A stretch of 64,000 bases of DNA from an uncultured Candidatus Saccharibacteria bacterium. GTDB lineage: Bacteria; Patescibacteriota; Minisyncoccia; RBG-13-40-8-A. Shown piece by piece: positions 7,766 through 17,610 of the stretch (position 1 is the stretch's first letter; the number at the start of each line of letters is the position of its first letter). The notes below the pieces were generated by a model, which had not been told where the DNA came from, searched no databases, and was given only the letters and a program-made list of their open reading frames with translations. A program made the position numbers and the translations under genes. The stretch is from assembly GCA_965231075.1 (NCBI GenBank), contig OZ246412.1:91903-155902 (forward strand). The letters are read 5' to 3'.

Positions 7766-8793
7766 AATTGAAGATTTAAAAATTAAGACCCGCCAAATGG
7801 CGGACTGTCTTTGATTTAGAAAACAAAAAACAAAGAATTATTCAATTAGAAATTTTAACCCAAGAAGGAAATTTTTGGAAGGACAGTCAAAAGGCAGCAA
7901 AAATAAGCAAGGAATTGGCGGAGCTAAGAGAAGAGGTTGATATTTGGAACGGACTAGAAAAAGACTTAATCGGGATAAAAGATGAATCAATGTTATCTGC
8001 TTGGGAAGAAAGATTTAAAAAAGAAGAATTTAAGGCACTGTTTTCGGGAAAATACGACAGAAAAAATGCAATTGTTTCCATCTATTCTGGTGCCGGCGGG
8101 ACAGAAGCACAGGATTGGGCGAACATGCTACTGCGAATGTATTCGCGTTATGCCGAAAAACACAACTTAAAATACAAATTAATTGATATTAGTTTTGGAC
8201 AGGAAGCGGGAATTAAAAACGCAGTTTTAGAGATTGATGGTGCATATGTGTATGGATATTTAAAAAAAGAAAATGGCGTGCATCGCTTAGTTAGACAGTC
8301 GCCATTCAATTCTGATAATTTAAGACACACATCATTTGCCTTGGTAGAGGTTTTGCCGGAGATTGGCAAAGACGTTGAATCGGAAATCGAAATTAAACCA
8401 GACGACCTAAAAATTGATACTTTTCGTTCTTCGGGTCCGGGTGGACAGAATGTAAATATGCGTTCAACTGCAATTAGAATCACTCACTTACCAACGAAAT
8501 TGGTGGTTGCTTGTCAGGGAGAAAGAAGTCAGGCACAGAATCGAGAAAGGGCAATGAGTATTCTTTACACGAAAATCTATCAAAAAAAACTTCAAGAGGC
8601 AGCTGAAGAAAAGAAAGAAATTCGCGGAGAGCTCCCGTCTGTAGAGTGGGGAAGTCAGATTCGTTCTTATGTTTTACATCCCTATAAAATGGTTAAAGAT
8701 CACAGAACAGAAATAGAAAGTTCTCACCCAGAAGAGGTTTTAGATGGAGATTTAGACGAATTTATAGAAGCAGAGATAAAAATCAAAAATTAA
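7749..8793 (+). CDS. prfB: peptide chain release factor 2 with programmed +1 ribosomal frameshift (frame 0: 7749..7811; frame +1: 7813..8793)
   Basis: The downstream ORF has the SPF tripeptide and GGQ motifs but lacks an N-terminus. The upstream frame MTIQDKIEDLKIKTRQMADCL ends at CTT TGA T (7809-7815), the classic RF2 CUU-UGA shift site. The +1 frame continues DLENKKQRIIQLEIL..., parallel to E. coli RF2. Start could also be ATG 7737. Confidence 0.8.
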
Positions 8794-8798
8794 TTAAA

Positions 8799-9476
8799 AT
8801 GATTGAATTTAAAAACGTTTCAAAATTTTATAACGATTGTTCGGCACTAGACAAGGTAACTTTTAGTATTAAACCAAAAGAATTTGTTTCAATTGTCGGT
8901 CGTTCCGGTGCTGGCAAAACCACGCTTTTGAAAATGCTTTTAAAGGAAGAAGAACCAAGTGAAGGAGAAATTATTGTTGATGGCAGAGATGTTGGTAAAT
9001 TAAAAAAACACGACATACCAATATACCGTAGAAAAATTGGTTCAATTTTCCAGGATTTTAAATTATTACCCAATAAAACTGCCTATGAAAACATCGCCTT
9101 TGCTATGGAGGCGGCAGGAAGAACTGAACAGGAAATCGCGGTTGATGTTCCACAAATTTTAAATTTAGTAGAATTAACCGACAAAGCCAATAACTTTCCT
9201 TGTCAACTTTCTGGCGGAGAAAAACAAAGAGTGGCGATTGGCAGGGCATTGGTTCATAAACCAGACATTTTAATGGCCGACGAACCAACAGGAAACCTTG
9301 ATCCACTACACACCTGGGATATCATTAGATTACTTTGCCGAATTAATGAATTAGGAACTACGGTTATTTTGGCAACACACGATCGAGAAATTATTAATGC
9401 ACTAGGAAAAAGAGTATTAAGTTTTGATAAAGGAAGATTGATTAGGGACGAGGAGGTTGGAAGATATATTGTTTGA
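8799..9476 (+). CDS. ftsE: cell division ATP-binding protein FtsE
   Basis: Walker A GRSGAGKTT, ABC signature LSGGEKQRVAIGRAL, Walker B ILMADEPTGNLD. Position after prfB is conserved. Confidence 0.9.
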   Translation: MIEFKNVSKFYNDCSALDKVTFSIKPKEFVSIVGRSGAGKTTLLKMLLKEEEPSEGEIIVDGRDVGKLKKHDIPIYRRKIGSIFQDFKLLPNKTAYENIAFAMEAAGRTEQEIAVDVPQILNLVELTDKANNFPCQLSGGEKQRVAIGRALVHKPDILMADEPTGNLDPLHTWDIIRLLCRINELGTTVILATHDREIINALGKRVLSFDKGRLIRDEEVGRYIV

Positions 9477-9510
9477 AAATTGAAAATTAAAAATTGTAAA
9501 TTATATTTAT

Positions 9511-10419
9511 ATGATGGAAGCAATAAAAAGAGTATTTAAGTGGGGCCTGAAAAATTTTTGGAGGAATGGTTGGTTGTCGACGGCGACAATCAGTATTATG
9601 GTTCTAACATTATTAGTGATTACGGTTCTATTGATGGTTAATGTGATTGCCAGCGCAACACTGGAAAATCTTGAAGATAAAATTGATATTAGCGTTTATT
9701 TTAAATTGGAAACTCCCGAGGCAGAAATACTAGAAGCCAAGGCTCAATTAGAAAAACTAGCCGAAGTAGAGAGTATCGAATATACCTCACAAAATGATGC
9801 CTTAATTGCGTTTAAAGAGAAACACAAAGACAACCCAGTTTTATTGCAGAGTCTGGATGAACTAGAAAACAATCCTTTAGAGGCAAGTTTGAATATTAAA
9901 GCTAATGAAACGTCGCAATATGCGAGCATAAATCAGTTTTTGGAAAGTGTGCACTACAAGAATATCATCGATAAAGTAAATTATTTACAAAATAAAAGCG
10001 TTATTGAAAAACTGGGCAAAATTATTGTCGACGTTAAAACCTTTGGATTGATTCTTAGTTTAGGTATGGCGTTAATCGTATTCTTGGTAACATTCAATTC
10101 AATTCGGTTAGCGATCTATAGTTCTCGAGAAGAAATTAATGTTATGAAACTAGTTGGGGCTAGTAATTGGTTTATTCGCGGACCGTTTATTATTGAAGGA
10201 TTGATGTATGGATTAATAGCCACAATAGTAACTATGATTTTGTTATACCCAATTTTTTATCTTGTATCTCCAAAATTATCGAATTTCTTGCCGATCGAAA
10301 ATATATTTTCTTATTTTAAATCCAACGCCGCAATGTTGGCACTATTGCTTTTTGCTGTAAGCTCAATTCTGGGGGTGTTTAGTAGTTTCATTGCTGTAAG
10401 AAAATATTTAAAAAGTTAA
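9511..10419 (+). CDS. ftsX: cell division protein FtsX (permease-like)
   Basis: Follows ftsE. One N-terminal TM, a periplasmic loop and three C-terminal TMs; FIRGPFIIEGLMYG motif. Confidence 0.8.
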   Translation: MMEAIKRVFKWGLKNFWRNGWLSTATISIMVLTLLVITVLLMVNVIASATLENLEDKIDISVYFKLETPEAEILEAKAQLEKLAEVESIEYTSQNDALIAFKEKHKDNPVLLQSLDELENNPLEASLNIKANETSQYASINQFLESVHYKNIIDKVNYLQNKSVIEKLGKIIVDVKTFGLILSLGMALIVFLVTFNSIRLAIYSSREEINVMKLVGASNWFIRGPFIIEGLMYGLIATIVTMILLYPIFYLVSPKLSNFLPIENIFSYFKSNAAMLALLLFAVSSILGVFSSFIAVRKYLKS

Positions 10420-10616
10420 AAACAAACAAGTGGACATTAAAAAATCCCGATTAATCCGGGATTTTTTAATTAATCAATAAAATATTACAATTTGTTTGCG
10501 CCCACGACAGAAATTAATGCCTTGCAAAATTATTGATAGTATGTTATAATACAAAATATAATATTTGTTCTTTTCAATAAAATATAAACGTTAAATTTAA
10601 ACCAAAGGGAGGTCAT

Positions 10617-12452
10617 ATGAACATACGGCAGTTTGTCAGGAAGGCGTGGGAGATTTATGCTCCGTTTCGAGGCAAGATGGCAATTGTATTTATTTTTATT
10701 GCCATTTCTCAGGCTCTGATGCTTGTGGCGCCATATTTTCAGGGGATGCTCATTGACTGCCTGATTCAACGGGCGCCGATGAGTAAAACATATCTGATTA
10801 TGGGCTTAGCATTGGCCGCGTTTATACTCCAAAACGTGTTTATAGGGTATTACCGTGAAGTTTTTGAAATTAAAAATCTTGACTTCGCAATCCCCGAACA
10901 CGCCAACAGGAAAACCATGGAAAAAATTCTGAGCCTATCGGTTGGACAGCACATCACCCAAAATAGTGCTATCAAGGAAAGCATTGTCCTAAAGGGGCAG
11001 CATTCTTTAACGGCGCTAGCCTACACATTAATGTACGAAGTGCTTCCAATCGTTGTTCAGGTTGTTTTTATGGTCGGTGCCTTGCTTTGGATGAGTTGGG
11101 CGCTTGGGTTGGTAGTAATTGTTGGTATGGCACTATTCGTAAGCGCTATCATTGTGGGTAATATGAAAATTCAGAAACCACTAAAGAAAGTCGAAAAAAT
11201 GTACCACAATAATTCGCGCCTACGCGGCGAAATTTATCGAAACGTTGAACTCGTTTTGGTTAATAGTCAGGAGAAACGGGCCATTCACGAAAGTGACGCT
11301 GATCTACACAGAGTCCACTTAGAATCCCAGAGCATTTGGCTTAAATTTGTAAAGTGGGCATTTGCCCGCAATATCATCGTTGGGTTAACCCGATTCGCAG
11401 TTATGGCTATCGGGATATACTATGTATATAATGGTGTTTATACGCCTGGGTACTTAGTGATCTTCTGGTCGTGGTCAAGTAATGCACTCGCCCAAGTCGG
11501 GATGGTCAGCAACCTCCAGAGACGTATTGTCGACATGTACGCATACGTCAAAAGATATTTCCGATTACTCGACTTAGAGCCAAGCGTTAAGGTGATCGCC
11601 AACCCGGTTCGCCCAGATAAATTCATGGGACGAATCGAATTCAAAAATGTCACATTTGAATATCCATCGCGCGATAAAGATCCGGACGACAATGACGAGG
11701 AAGAGGAGCCACCGACGAACATAGGCAGACAAATTGGACCAGCGCTAAAGAACGTAAGTTTTACCATAGAGGCCGGGAAAACGATTGCGTTCGTTGGAGA
11801 GTCTGGCGCTGGTAAAACCACTGCCATTCATGCGCTATTACGCGCCGAAGATGTTAAAGAGGGACAAATCACAATTGATGGCAATGATCTTCGGGTGCTT
11901 GATCTCAGTCATCTTCGTGAATCAGTTGGACTTGTCGAACAACACGTTCCACTGTTTGATGAGACGCTACGATATAATATCACTTACGCTCTCGATGCGT
12001 CAGCTGATCAAATCACCAAAGAAAAGTTAGATCAGGTTGCCGAAATGGCCTGCGTAGATCGATTCTATGACAAACTCGAAAAGGGTTACGACACTCTAAT
12101 TGGTGAGCGTGGCGTCAAGCTTTCTGGCGGGGAGCGTCAACGAGTTGGGATTGCTCGAGCACTGATAAAAGATCCCGACATTCTGATACTTGATGAAGCA
12201 ACGAGCAACTTAGATTCCCAAAACGAGGCGCTCATTAAGCTTTCAATCGAAAAAGCATCCAAGGGTCGCACCACAATTATCATCGCGCATCGATTTTCAA
12301 CAATTCGAAACGCTGACAAGATCGTGGTTTTTGAAAGGGGCCAAGTTGTTGGGGAGGGGACACATGACGAGTTGATGCTCTCGTGTTCCGAGTATCAAAG
12401 ATTGATTCATCATCAAATGAACAATTCAACAGAGGAGGAGGTGTTGAATTAA
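10617..12452 (+). CDS. ABC exporter, fused permease and ATPase (MsbA/multidrug type)
   Basis: N-terminal 6-TM domain; C-terminal NBD with GESGAGKTT, LSGGERQRVGIARAL and ILILDEATSNLD. Acidic insert DKDPDDNDEEEEPP. GC content is visibly elevated (~45-48%). Confidence 0.85.
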   Translation: MNIRQFVRKAWEIYAPFRGKMAIVFIFIAISQALMLVAPYFQGMLIDCLIQRAPMSKTYLIMGLALAAFILQNVFIGYYREVFEIKNLDFAIPEHANRKTMEKILSLSVGQHITQNSAIKESIVLKGQHSLTALAYTLMYEVLPIVVQVVFMVGALLWMSWALGLVVIVGMALFVSAIIVGNMKIQKPLKKVEKMYHNNSRLRGEIYRNVELVLVNSQEKRAIHESDADLHRVHLESQSIWLKFVKWAFARNIIVGLTRFAVMAIGIYYVYNGVYTPGYLVIFWSWSSNALAQVGMVSNLQRRIVDMYAYVKRYFRLLDLEPSVKVIANPVRPDKFMGRIEFKNVTFEYPSRDKDPDDNDEEEEPPTNIGRQIGPALKNVSFTIEAGKTIAFVGESGAGKTTAIHALLRAEDVKEGQITIDGNDLRVLDLSHLRESVGLVEQHVPLFDETLRYNITYALDASADQITKEKLDQVAEMACVDRFYDKLEKGYDTLIGERGVKLSGGERQRVGIARALIKDPDILILDEATSNLDSQNEALIKLSIEKASKGRTTIIIAHRFSTIRNADKIVVFERGQVVGEGTHDELMLSCSEYQRLIHHQMNNSTEEEVLN

Positions 12453-12485
12453 CACACAGGAAGGTCGTTAAATAATCGCTAGACA

Positions 12486-12515
12486 GTAAAAGGAGCCTGA
12501 CCAGCTCCTTTTTTA
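12486..12515 (+). terminator. intrinsic terminator
   Basis: aaaggagcctgaccagctcctttttt hairpin with T-run. Confidence 0.5.
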
Positions 12516-12541
12516 ATTAACAAAAATTGATAGAATAAGAC

Positions 12542-13921
12542 CTATAAACTATCGATATCGGCTTGATATTGGTTTGCCATCGAGACGACACTGTCTCCAT
12601 AAAATCGATATTTGGTGTTTGTAGATCCGGAAAAATACAACATTGCCGCTTTCCATTCACCACTAACTGATCCCGCTCCACCGGCTTTTAGTTTTATCGC
12701 TGCCGCAATAAATGCATCGCGAATGTCCCAGGGATTAGCAGTTTTTCCGGTGATAGCGGCTACCTTATCTTTATAACCCATCCAAGTTGAGGGGATGAAT
12801 TGTGCGGGACCCATCGCGCCACCCCAACCAATTTGGTTGCCTTTGCTGTCGCGCATTGGACAGGAAACGGGGGTGGTATCAATGTCTAATCCCAACTCAT
12901 CGGTAATAGTTTTAAATGGCTCGTGATCGCGAGATGGCTTCATAACCACTCTCCAGCTTTTTTCCGGAGGATCGCCAGCACGATTACAGGTACCAACATT
13001 TTTACCTAAATTTGATTCTTGAGTTAAAATTGCCAAAAGGAATGCCGCTCTTACGCCAGTTTGTTCTGATGCCCATTTAGCAATTTCAACTGCCTGACCG
13101 AATGTAATTTGTGTGCTTATGCCTAGCAACTGATAAAGTCGATTACGAATTTCTGTGGCTTTTTTACGATTATCAGTCAAAATTGCTTGGTATGTGCTTT
13201 CTTTGCCCTTGGTTTCTTTAAGTAAACTATTTTGAGTGCTTACAGACCCAGACAATTGTTGTTGTTGCAATGTTTTTATAGACAAAAGATTGCGCGCATC
13301 TTCTTGTTGTTGGGTTAAAGTTTCGGCTTGTTGGTCGAGTTGGGCCTTGGTTTGTTGTATTTTCTCAAGCACGTCTTTTACGCTGGAAAAAATCTGAGAA
13401 TATTGTTCGACACTATTAAATGCGTCCAATAAATTATCTTCGGCAACAACCATATAAATAAATGGATAATCATCATATTCGTTTATCGCACGAATAAATT
13501 GGGCGATTTGTTCTTGAAGTAATTGAATTTTTAAAACATTATCATTGATTGCGGCCTTGGTTTGAGTTAATTGACCACCCAGTCTGGTGATTTGTAAATT
13601 AGTAGCCTTAATCTGTAGACTTAAGGTTGCTTGTTGGCTTTGTAATTGTTTAATTTTGTTTTGGAGAGTATTTTTTTGTCCCGCAATAGTGCTAAGTTGT
13701 TGTTGAAGTTGGATGATTTGTGCCTCGATGTCGTTGAGTTGTTGTTGAAGTTGGACTTTTTCGGCTTCGGTTTGTTGTAATAAAGTGTCTTCGGCAAAAA
13801 TCGGGAACACGGGCAAAATAATCATCATCAAAATGATAGAAATCAAAATCACTTTTTGTTTTGATAATTTTTTATTCATCATACTGACTACCTCGGTTAA
13901 GAACCCAATCTTTGAAGGCAA
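12542..13921 (-). CDS. coiled-coil protein with C-terminal lytic transglycosylase (Slt-like) domain
   Basis: N-terminal TM/signal (ISIILMMIILPVFPIFA), ~250 aa of Q/L-rich coiled coil, then LLAILTQESNLGKN (family-1 LT ES motif) and GWGGAMGPAQFIPSTW (GLMQxMPxT-like). Paralog of 49321..50643. Confidence 0.6.
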   Translation of the reverse strand: MPSKIGFLTEVVSMMNKKLSKQKVILISIILMMIILPVFPIFAEDTLLQQTEAEKVQLQQQLNDIEAQIIQLQQQLSTIAGQKNTLQNKIKQLQSQQATLSLQIKATNLQITRLGGQLTQTKAAINDNVLKIQLLQEQIAQFIRAINEYDDYPFIYMVVAEDNLLDAFNSVEQYSQIFSSVKDVLEKIQQTKAQLDQQAETLTQQQEDARNLLSIKTLQQQQLSGSVSTQNSLLKETKGKESTYQAILTDNRKKATEIRNRLYQLLGISTQITFGQAVEIAKWASEQTGVRAAFLLAILTQESNLGKNVGTCNRAGDPPEKSWRVVMKPSRDHEPFKTITDELGLDIDTTPVSCPMRDSKGNQIGWGGAMGPAQFIPSTWMGYKDKVAAITGKTANPWDIRDAFIAAAIKLKAGGAGSVSGEWKAAMLYFSGSTNTKYRFYGDSVVSMANQYQADIDSL

Positions 13922-14013
13922 ATTAGACTCTTTTCCGGGACCATCCTCGATGCGTCTTGGTCGGAGACTTGTTTATAGATTATAGCACAAAACGGAACAA
14001 ATATTCTCTTTTA

Positions 14014-14949
14014 TTATCTATTCGTCATAAATTCTGCTAACGCAAAAATTAACCAATAGGCAAACAACAAGTATGCCTCTCTTTTTGTGAGAGTGCGTTC
14101 TGTCTTCATAAATCGAAAAAGGATAAGCGACGCCACGACCATAAACAAACCGGTAACATAAATAATTTTTGACGGAAAATAAAACGGCCTCATTAAAGCA
14201 AGGATACCAACGACTATGGTTGCATCTGCAAGAACGGTTCCCAAAACATCTCCAATGGCAAGACATTCATCTTTTTTCTTAACCGATTTTAAAGCAAAGA
14301 ACAATTCTGGTATCGTCGTCCCCAGCCCCACAACCAACATCCCTATAAGAATCGGGTTTATTTTGAGACAATTTGCAATTTCAACAGCAGAAGTCACTAT
14401 GAAATGAGACCCGACCAATAAGATTGCCATGCCAGAAACCAACATTAATAGGTTTTTATATTTATTATCACCGTTATATGGCGAAGTCTTAACGTTGTTT
14501 CCGCGCTTATAAACAATATAGTAAAATGATGTTCCCGCAATTATAAGTGCCAGGCCCTCGAGGCGGGAAAAATGACCGTTTAAGCCCAATACCAACGGCA
14601 AAAACAATATAAACGGATATACAACATGATTTTTTAAAATTTTTCCTTCAACCTTCAAACATCTTCCAGCAAAAAAAATCATTACCGCGAAAACCAATGT
14701 CAGATCGGCGACATTCGAACCGAATAATGTTCCGAGTCCAAAAGAGGGAATTCCCTCAATGGCCGCATTAATCGCAATAAATGTTTCCGGGAGAATGGAA
14801 ATAATGGCAATCATTATAAAGCCAACTGTAAATTTTGATAAATGAAAACTTAACGCTAGGCGTGCAGCATATTTTGTTGCCATGGCCGCTCCCTGAACTA
14901 CCATAAAGAAAGCAGCTATGAAAATAAACAAATCATTAACCATATACAA
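14014..14949 (-). CDS. Na+/Ca2+ exchanger family membrane protein (CaCA, YrbG-like)
   Basis: Two alpha-repeat regions (GLGTLFGSNVADLTL and GLGTTIPELFFAL) and about 10 TM helices. Confidence 0.8.
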   Translation of the reverse strand: MYMVNDLFIFIAAFFMVVQGAAMATKYAARLALSFHLSKFTVGFIMIAIISILPETFIAINAAIEGIPSFGLGTLFGSNVADLTLVFAVMIFFAGRCLKVEGKILKNHVVYPFILFLPLVLGLNGHFSRLEGLALIIAGTSFYYIVYKRGNNVKTSPYNGDNKYKNLLMLVSGMAILLVGSHFIVTSAVEIANCLKINPILIGMLVVGLGTTIPELFFALKSVKKKDECLAIGDVLGTVLADATIVVGILALMRPFYFPSKIIYVTGLFMVVASLILFRFMKTERTLTKREAYLLFAYWLIFALAEFMTNR

Positions 14950-15099
14950 AATTTAATTATTCTTTATAATTAAATTTTATCAGAAATTTATTAAAAACCC
15001 TACCAATTTTATTGATTAGGGTATTTATGCATTATAATTCTCAGTTTCGATTATTGTTTTTCGGCGAGTTTTGATTCTTCTGTAGAAGTTTTGATTGTT

Positions 15100-15194
15100 T
15101 TGGAACCTTTCCCGGTCGCACTGTATGTCTGCGGGACCTGGATTCTCCGCCCGAGGCGGACCAGCCTTGGGCTGGGAACCCTCATTAATTCTCA
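15100..15194. ncRNA. GC-rich structured element of unknown identity
   Basis: ~95 nt at ~60% GC in an AT-rich region. Several nested hairpins (ccgcc-cga-ggcgg; ccagcc-ttgg-gctgg; cccgg...cggg). No credible ORF. Lies directly 3' of tRNA-Gln on the minus strand and ~150 nt upstream of the minus-strand CaCA gene. Confidence 0.3.
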
Positions 15195-15268
15195 TGGCTG
15201 CCGGGCTAGGATTCGAACCTAGATTACCTGATCCAGAGTCAAGCGTGCTACCATTACACCACCCGGCA
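15195..15268 (-). tRNA. tRNA-Gln (anticodon CTG), CCA encoded
   Basis: Acceptor TGCCGGG/CCCGGCA with the U1-A72 typical of bacterial tRNA-Gln, anticodon loop CTCTGGA, T-arm CTAGG-TTCGAAT-CCTAG, discriminator G then CCA. Confidence 0.85.
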
Positions 15269-15722
15269 ATGTATTCTTAATCTTATCAAAAACCCGGGTG
15301 TTTGTAAATTTAATTTATGCTATAATTATCATGTACCCACTGAAAGGAGGATGCCAAAAACAAACAACAACGAATGCTCGAATGTCGAATTCGCTGGTAC
15401 AACTGTATGGTTCTTTGCTCTTTGGTTGCGGGGAGGCGCAACTATTTCAGGTCCAAGGCCTCAAAAAGACGAGGCTATCGCAGATGGTAAAAAACATCCC
15501 GGGGCCCATTGGGTTCCCGGGATTTCAATATTGCCAACGTCCGCGAATCAATATGATTATACCCACCCTGACCAACACCAGCAAGCCGATGACAATAAAC
15601 ACTGAAAAGATGATTTGTAAAATATAAAGAACTTTGTCTATTTTTTTATTCATCGGTTCCTCCTAATTGAAGTATGTATTCATTTTGATTAAAAGTCAAT
15701 TTGGGAGTAAAATTAGATTGTA

Positions 15723-16670
15723 ATGAAAAAAATATTGTTTTTGATAATTTTAATTACAATTGTTATCGGCGGGTTTTTTGTGTTTAAAAATACGCGGAAT
15801 TTTGATTTTAAAAATCAAAATTCCGCTAAAATAATACCACCCAAAATGGATAGGGTCTCAATTTTAGCGTTTGGTGATATGATGTTGGACAGAACTGTGT
15901 TGGCAAAAACCGAAAAAACAGAGAACTATAATTTTCCATTTTTATTAATTGATGAATTTTTAAAAACTGCCGATATCAAATTCGCCAATTTGGAGGGCCC
16001 AATAACTAATTTCGAATCCGTGTCTAACGGTAACACACGCATGCGCTTTACGGTTGCACCAGAATTTTTACCAATTTTAAAACAACGTTTTCAGGTCTTG
16101 GGCTTAGCCAATAATCATATGCTTGATTTTGGCGAAAATGGTTACAATCAAACCAAGAATTATTTGTCTAATGCAGAAATAAATTATTTTGGCAATTATA
16201 ACAATCAATCGGATAATCTTTCTGCGATTATCGAAAAGAACAATATTAAGATTGGCTGGATCGGTTATCATGGCTTGGTTGGTGAGGGTTTCGAAAATAT
16301 CTTAAACGAAATAAAAACGCTTAGACCGCAAGTCGACTTTTTAATCGTTGTGCCACACTGGGGTGCAGAATATAAAAAAGTGCCCGCAGATAGCACCGTG
16401 AAAAAAGCGAAACAATTCGTTGATGCCGGCGCAGATTTAGTTTTGGGTGGTCATCCGCATGTAGTGCAACCGAGCGAAGATTATAAGGGTAAAAAAATTT
16501 ATTATTCTTTAGGGAATTTTATTTTCGATCAATACTGGTCCGAGGACACCATGGAGGGTCTGGCAGTTGAAATTTTAATCGAAAAAAGCGATAATCAAAT
16601 CAAAGCGGGATACAAACAACACAAGATTTTAATTAATAACAATAGCCAACCGAGTTTGGTTGAACAATAA
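15723..16670 (+). CDS. CapA/PgsA-family metallophosphoesterase
   Basis: N-terminal TM, then ILAFGDMMLDR...ANLEGPIT...GNFIFDQ metallophosphatase pattern. Confidence 0.7.
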   Translation: MKKILFLIILITIVIGGFFVFKNTRNFDFKNQNSAKIIPPKMDRVSILAFGDMMLDRTVLAKTEKTENYNFPFLLIDEFLKTADIKFANLEGPITNFESVSNGNTRMRFTVAPEFLPILKQRFQVLGLANNHMLDFGENGYNQTKNYLSNAEINYFGNYNNQSDNLSAIIEKNNIKIGWIGYHGLVGEGFENILNEIKTLRPQVDFLIVVPHWGAEYKKVPADSTVKKAKQFVDAGADLVLGGHPHVVQPSEDYKGKKIYYSLGNFIFDQYWSEDTMEGLAVEILIEKSDNQIKAGYKQHKILINNNSQPSLVEQ

Positions 16671-16675
16671 ACAAT

Positions 16676-17098
16676 ATGGACGACTGTATTTTTTGTAAAA
16701 TTGTAAAAGGGGAGGTTCCGAGTTTTAGAGTTTTTGAAAATGACAAGGTTTTTTGTTTTTTAGATATTAATCCCTTAACGAAGGGACACGCGTTGGTAAT
16801 TCCCAAAAAACACGCAGAAAATGTTTTTAATGTTTCCGAAGAAGATCTAAAAGAAATAATTTCTGTTGCTAAAAATTTGTCAGAAAAAATGAAAAAGGCT
16901 TGGGGAGTTGATAGCGTAAATATAATGAATGCGAGCGGAAAATCATCAGAGCAAAGTGTTTTTCATCTTCATTTTCATATTGTTCCTAGGCGTGTGGATG
17001 ATGGACTGGAAATGAATAAATGGTGGGGATCCAAAAATTATAAAGCCGATTTTGATGAGCTAAAACAATTAGCAGAAAGCTTGCGTAATTCTAAATAA
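16676..17098 (+). CDS. HIT family (histidine triad) protein
   Basis: CIFCKIV, GHALVIPKKH and HxHxHxx (HLHFHIVPR) motifs. Confidence 0.85.
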   Translation: MDDCIFCKIVKGEVPSFRVFENDKVFCFLDINPLTKGHALVIPKKHAENVFNVSEEDLKEIISVAKNLSEKMKKAWGVDSVNIMNASGKSSEQSVFHLHFHIVPRRVDDGLEMNKWWGSKNYKADFDELKQLAESLRNSK

Positions 17099-17130
17099 TG
17101 CGCTAATATTCTAATCCAGGGAGGTGACCT

Positions 17131-17502
17131 TTGAATAAAACAAAAAATCGTAAATACGAAACCATCCGCAGTAGGCTGGCAAATCTTAAGGGATCTAAGG
17201 AATATGAAAATATTCTGAAGATTACGAGATCCCAGCCCAGGATCGACAATCCCTCGACCACGACGATCGACTTTACCAAAAACGCAGAGACTGTATTTGC
17301 GGTAAAGATTCGTGATTCCGTAATTGATATTTTAAAAAAAAGGATGTGGAGGTCGTCAGACGCAGACAGGGAAATGGAGAGATTTATTAAAAGTTTACAA
17401 AAATGGATTAAGATTATTCTTCCGGCCTGCGATATTTCGTCGGAAGATTGGGGGAAGAAATTCCGAGACCAATTTTATCTAGACCAAGCCTGTAAGGACT
17501 GA
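17131..17502 (+). CDS. hypothetical protein (TTG start)
   Basis: ORF with GGAGGT RBS 6 nt upstream of TTG. No recognisable motif. Confidence 0.4.
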   Translation: MNKTKNRKYETIRSRLANLKGSKEYENILKITRSQPRIDNPSTTTIDFTKNAETVFAVKIRDSVIDILKKRMWRSSDADREMERFIKSLQKWIKIILPACDISSEDWGKKFRDQFYLDQACKD

Positions 17503-17610
17503 CGATGACGATTTAGTGACGATTGCCGTACAGCATTCGTCACTTTTATGTTATAATGAAATTATAATAATTAATCTATTTCGCCCTAGTGGGGCAAGTA
17601 CAAATAATAT

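Noticed and set aside
11438-11827. ORF antisense within the ABC exporter, and similar internal antisense ORFs (e.g. 8148..8483, 9254..9523, 22068..22436, 25620..26015)
   Set aside because: They are fully nested antisense to well-supported genes, with no independent signals.
15095-15627. ORFs 15095..15280, 15298..15627 and 15351..15605
   Set aside because: They overlap tRNA-Gln and the GC-rich structured element, have no RBS or motifs and an odd amino-acid composition. Considered spurious.
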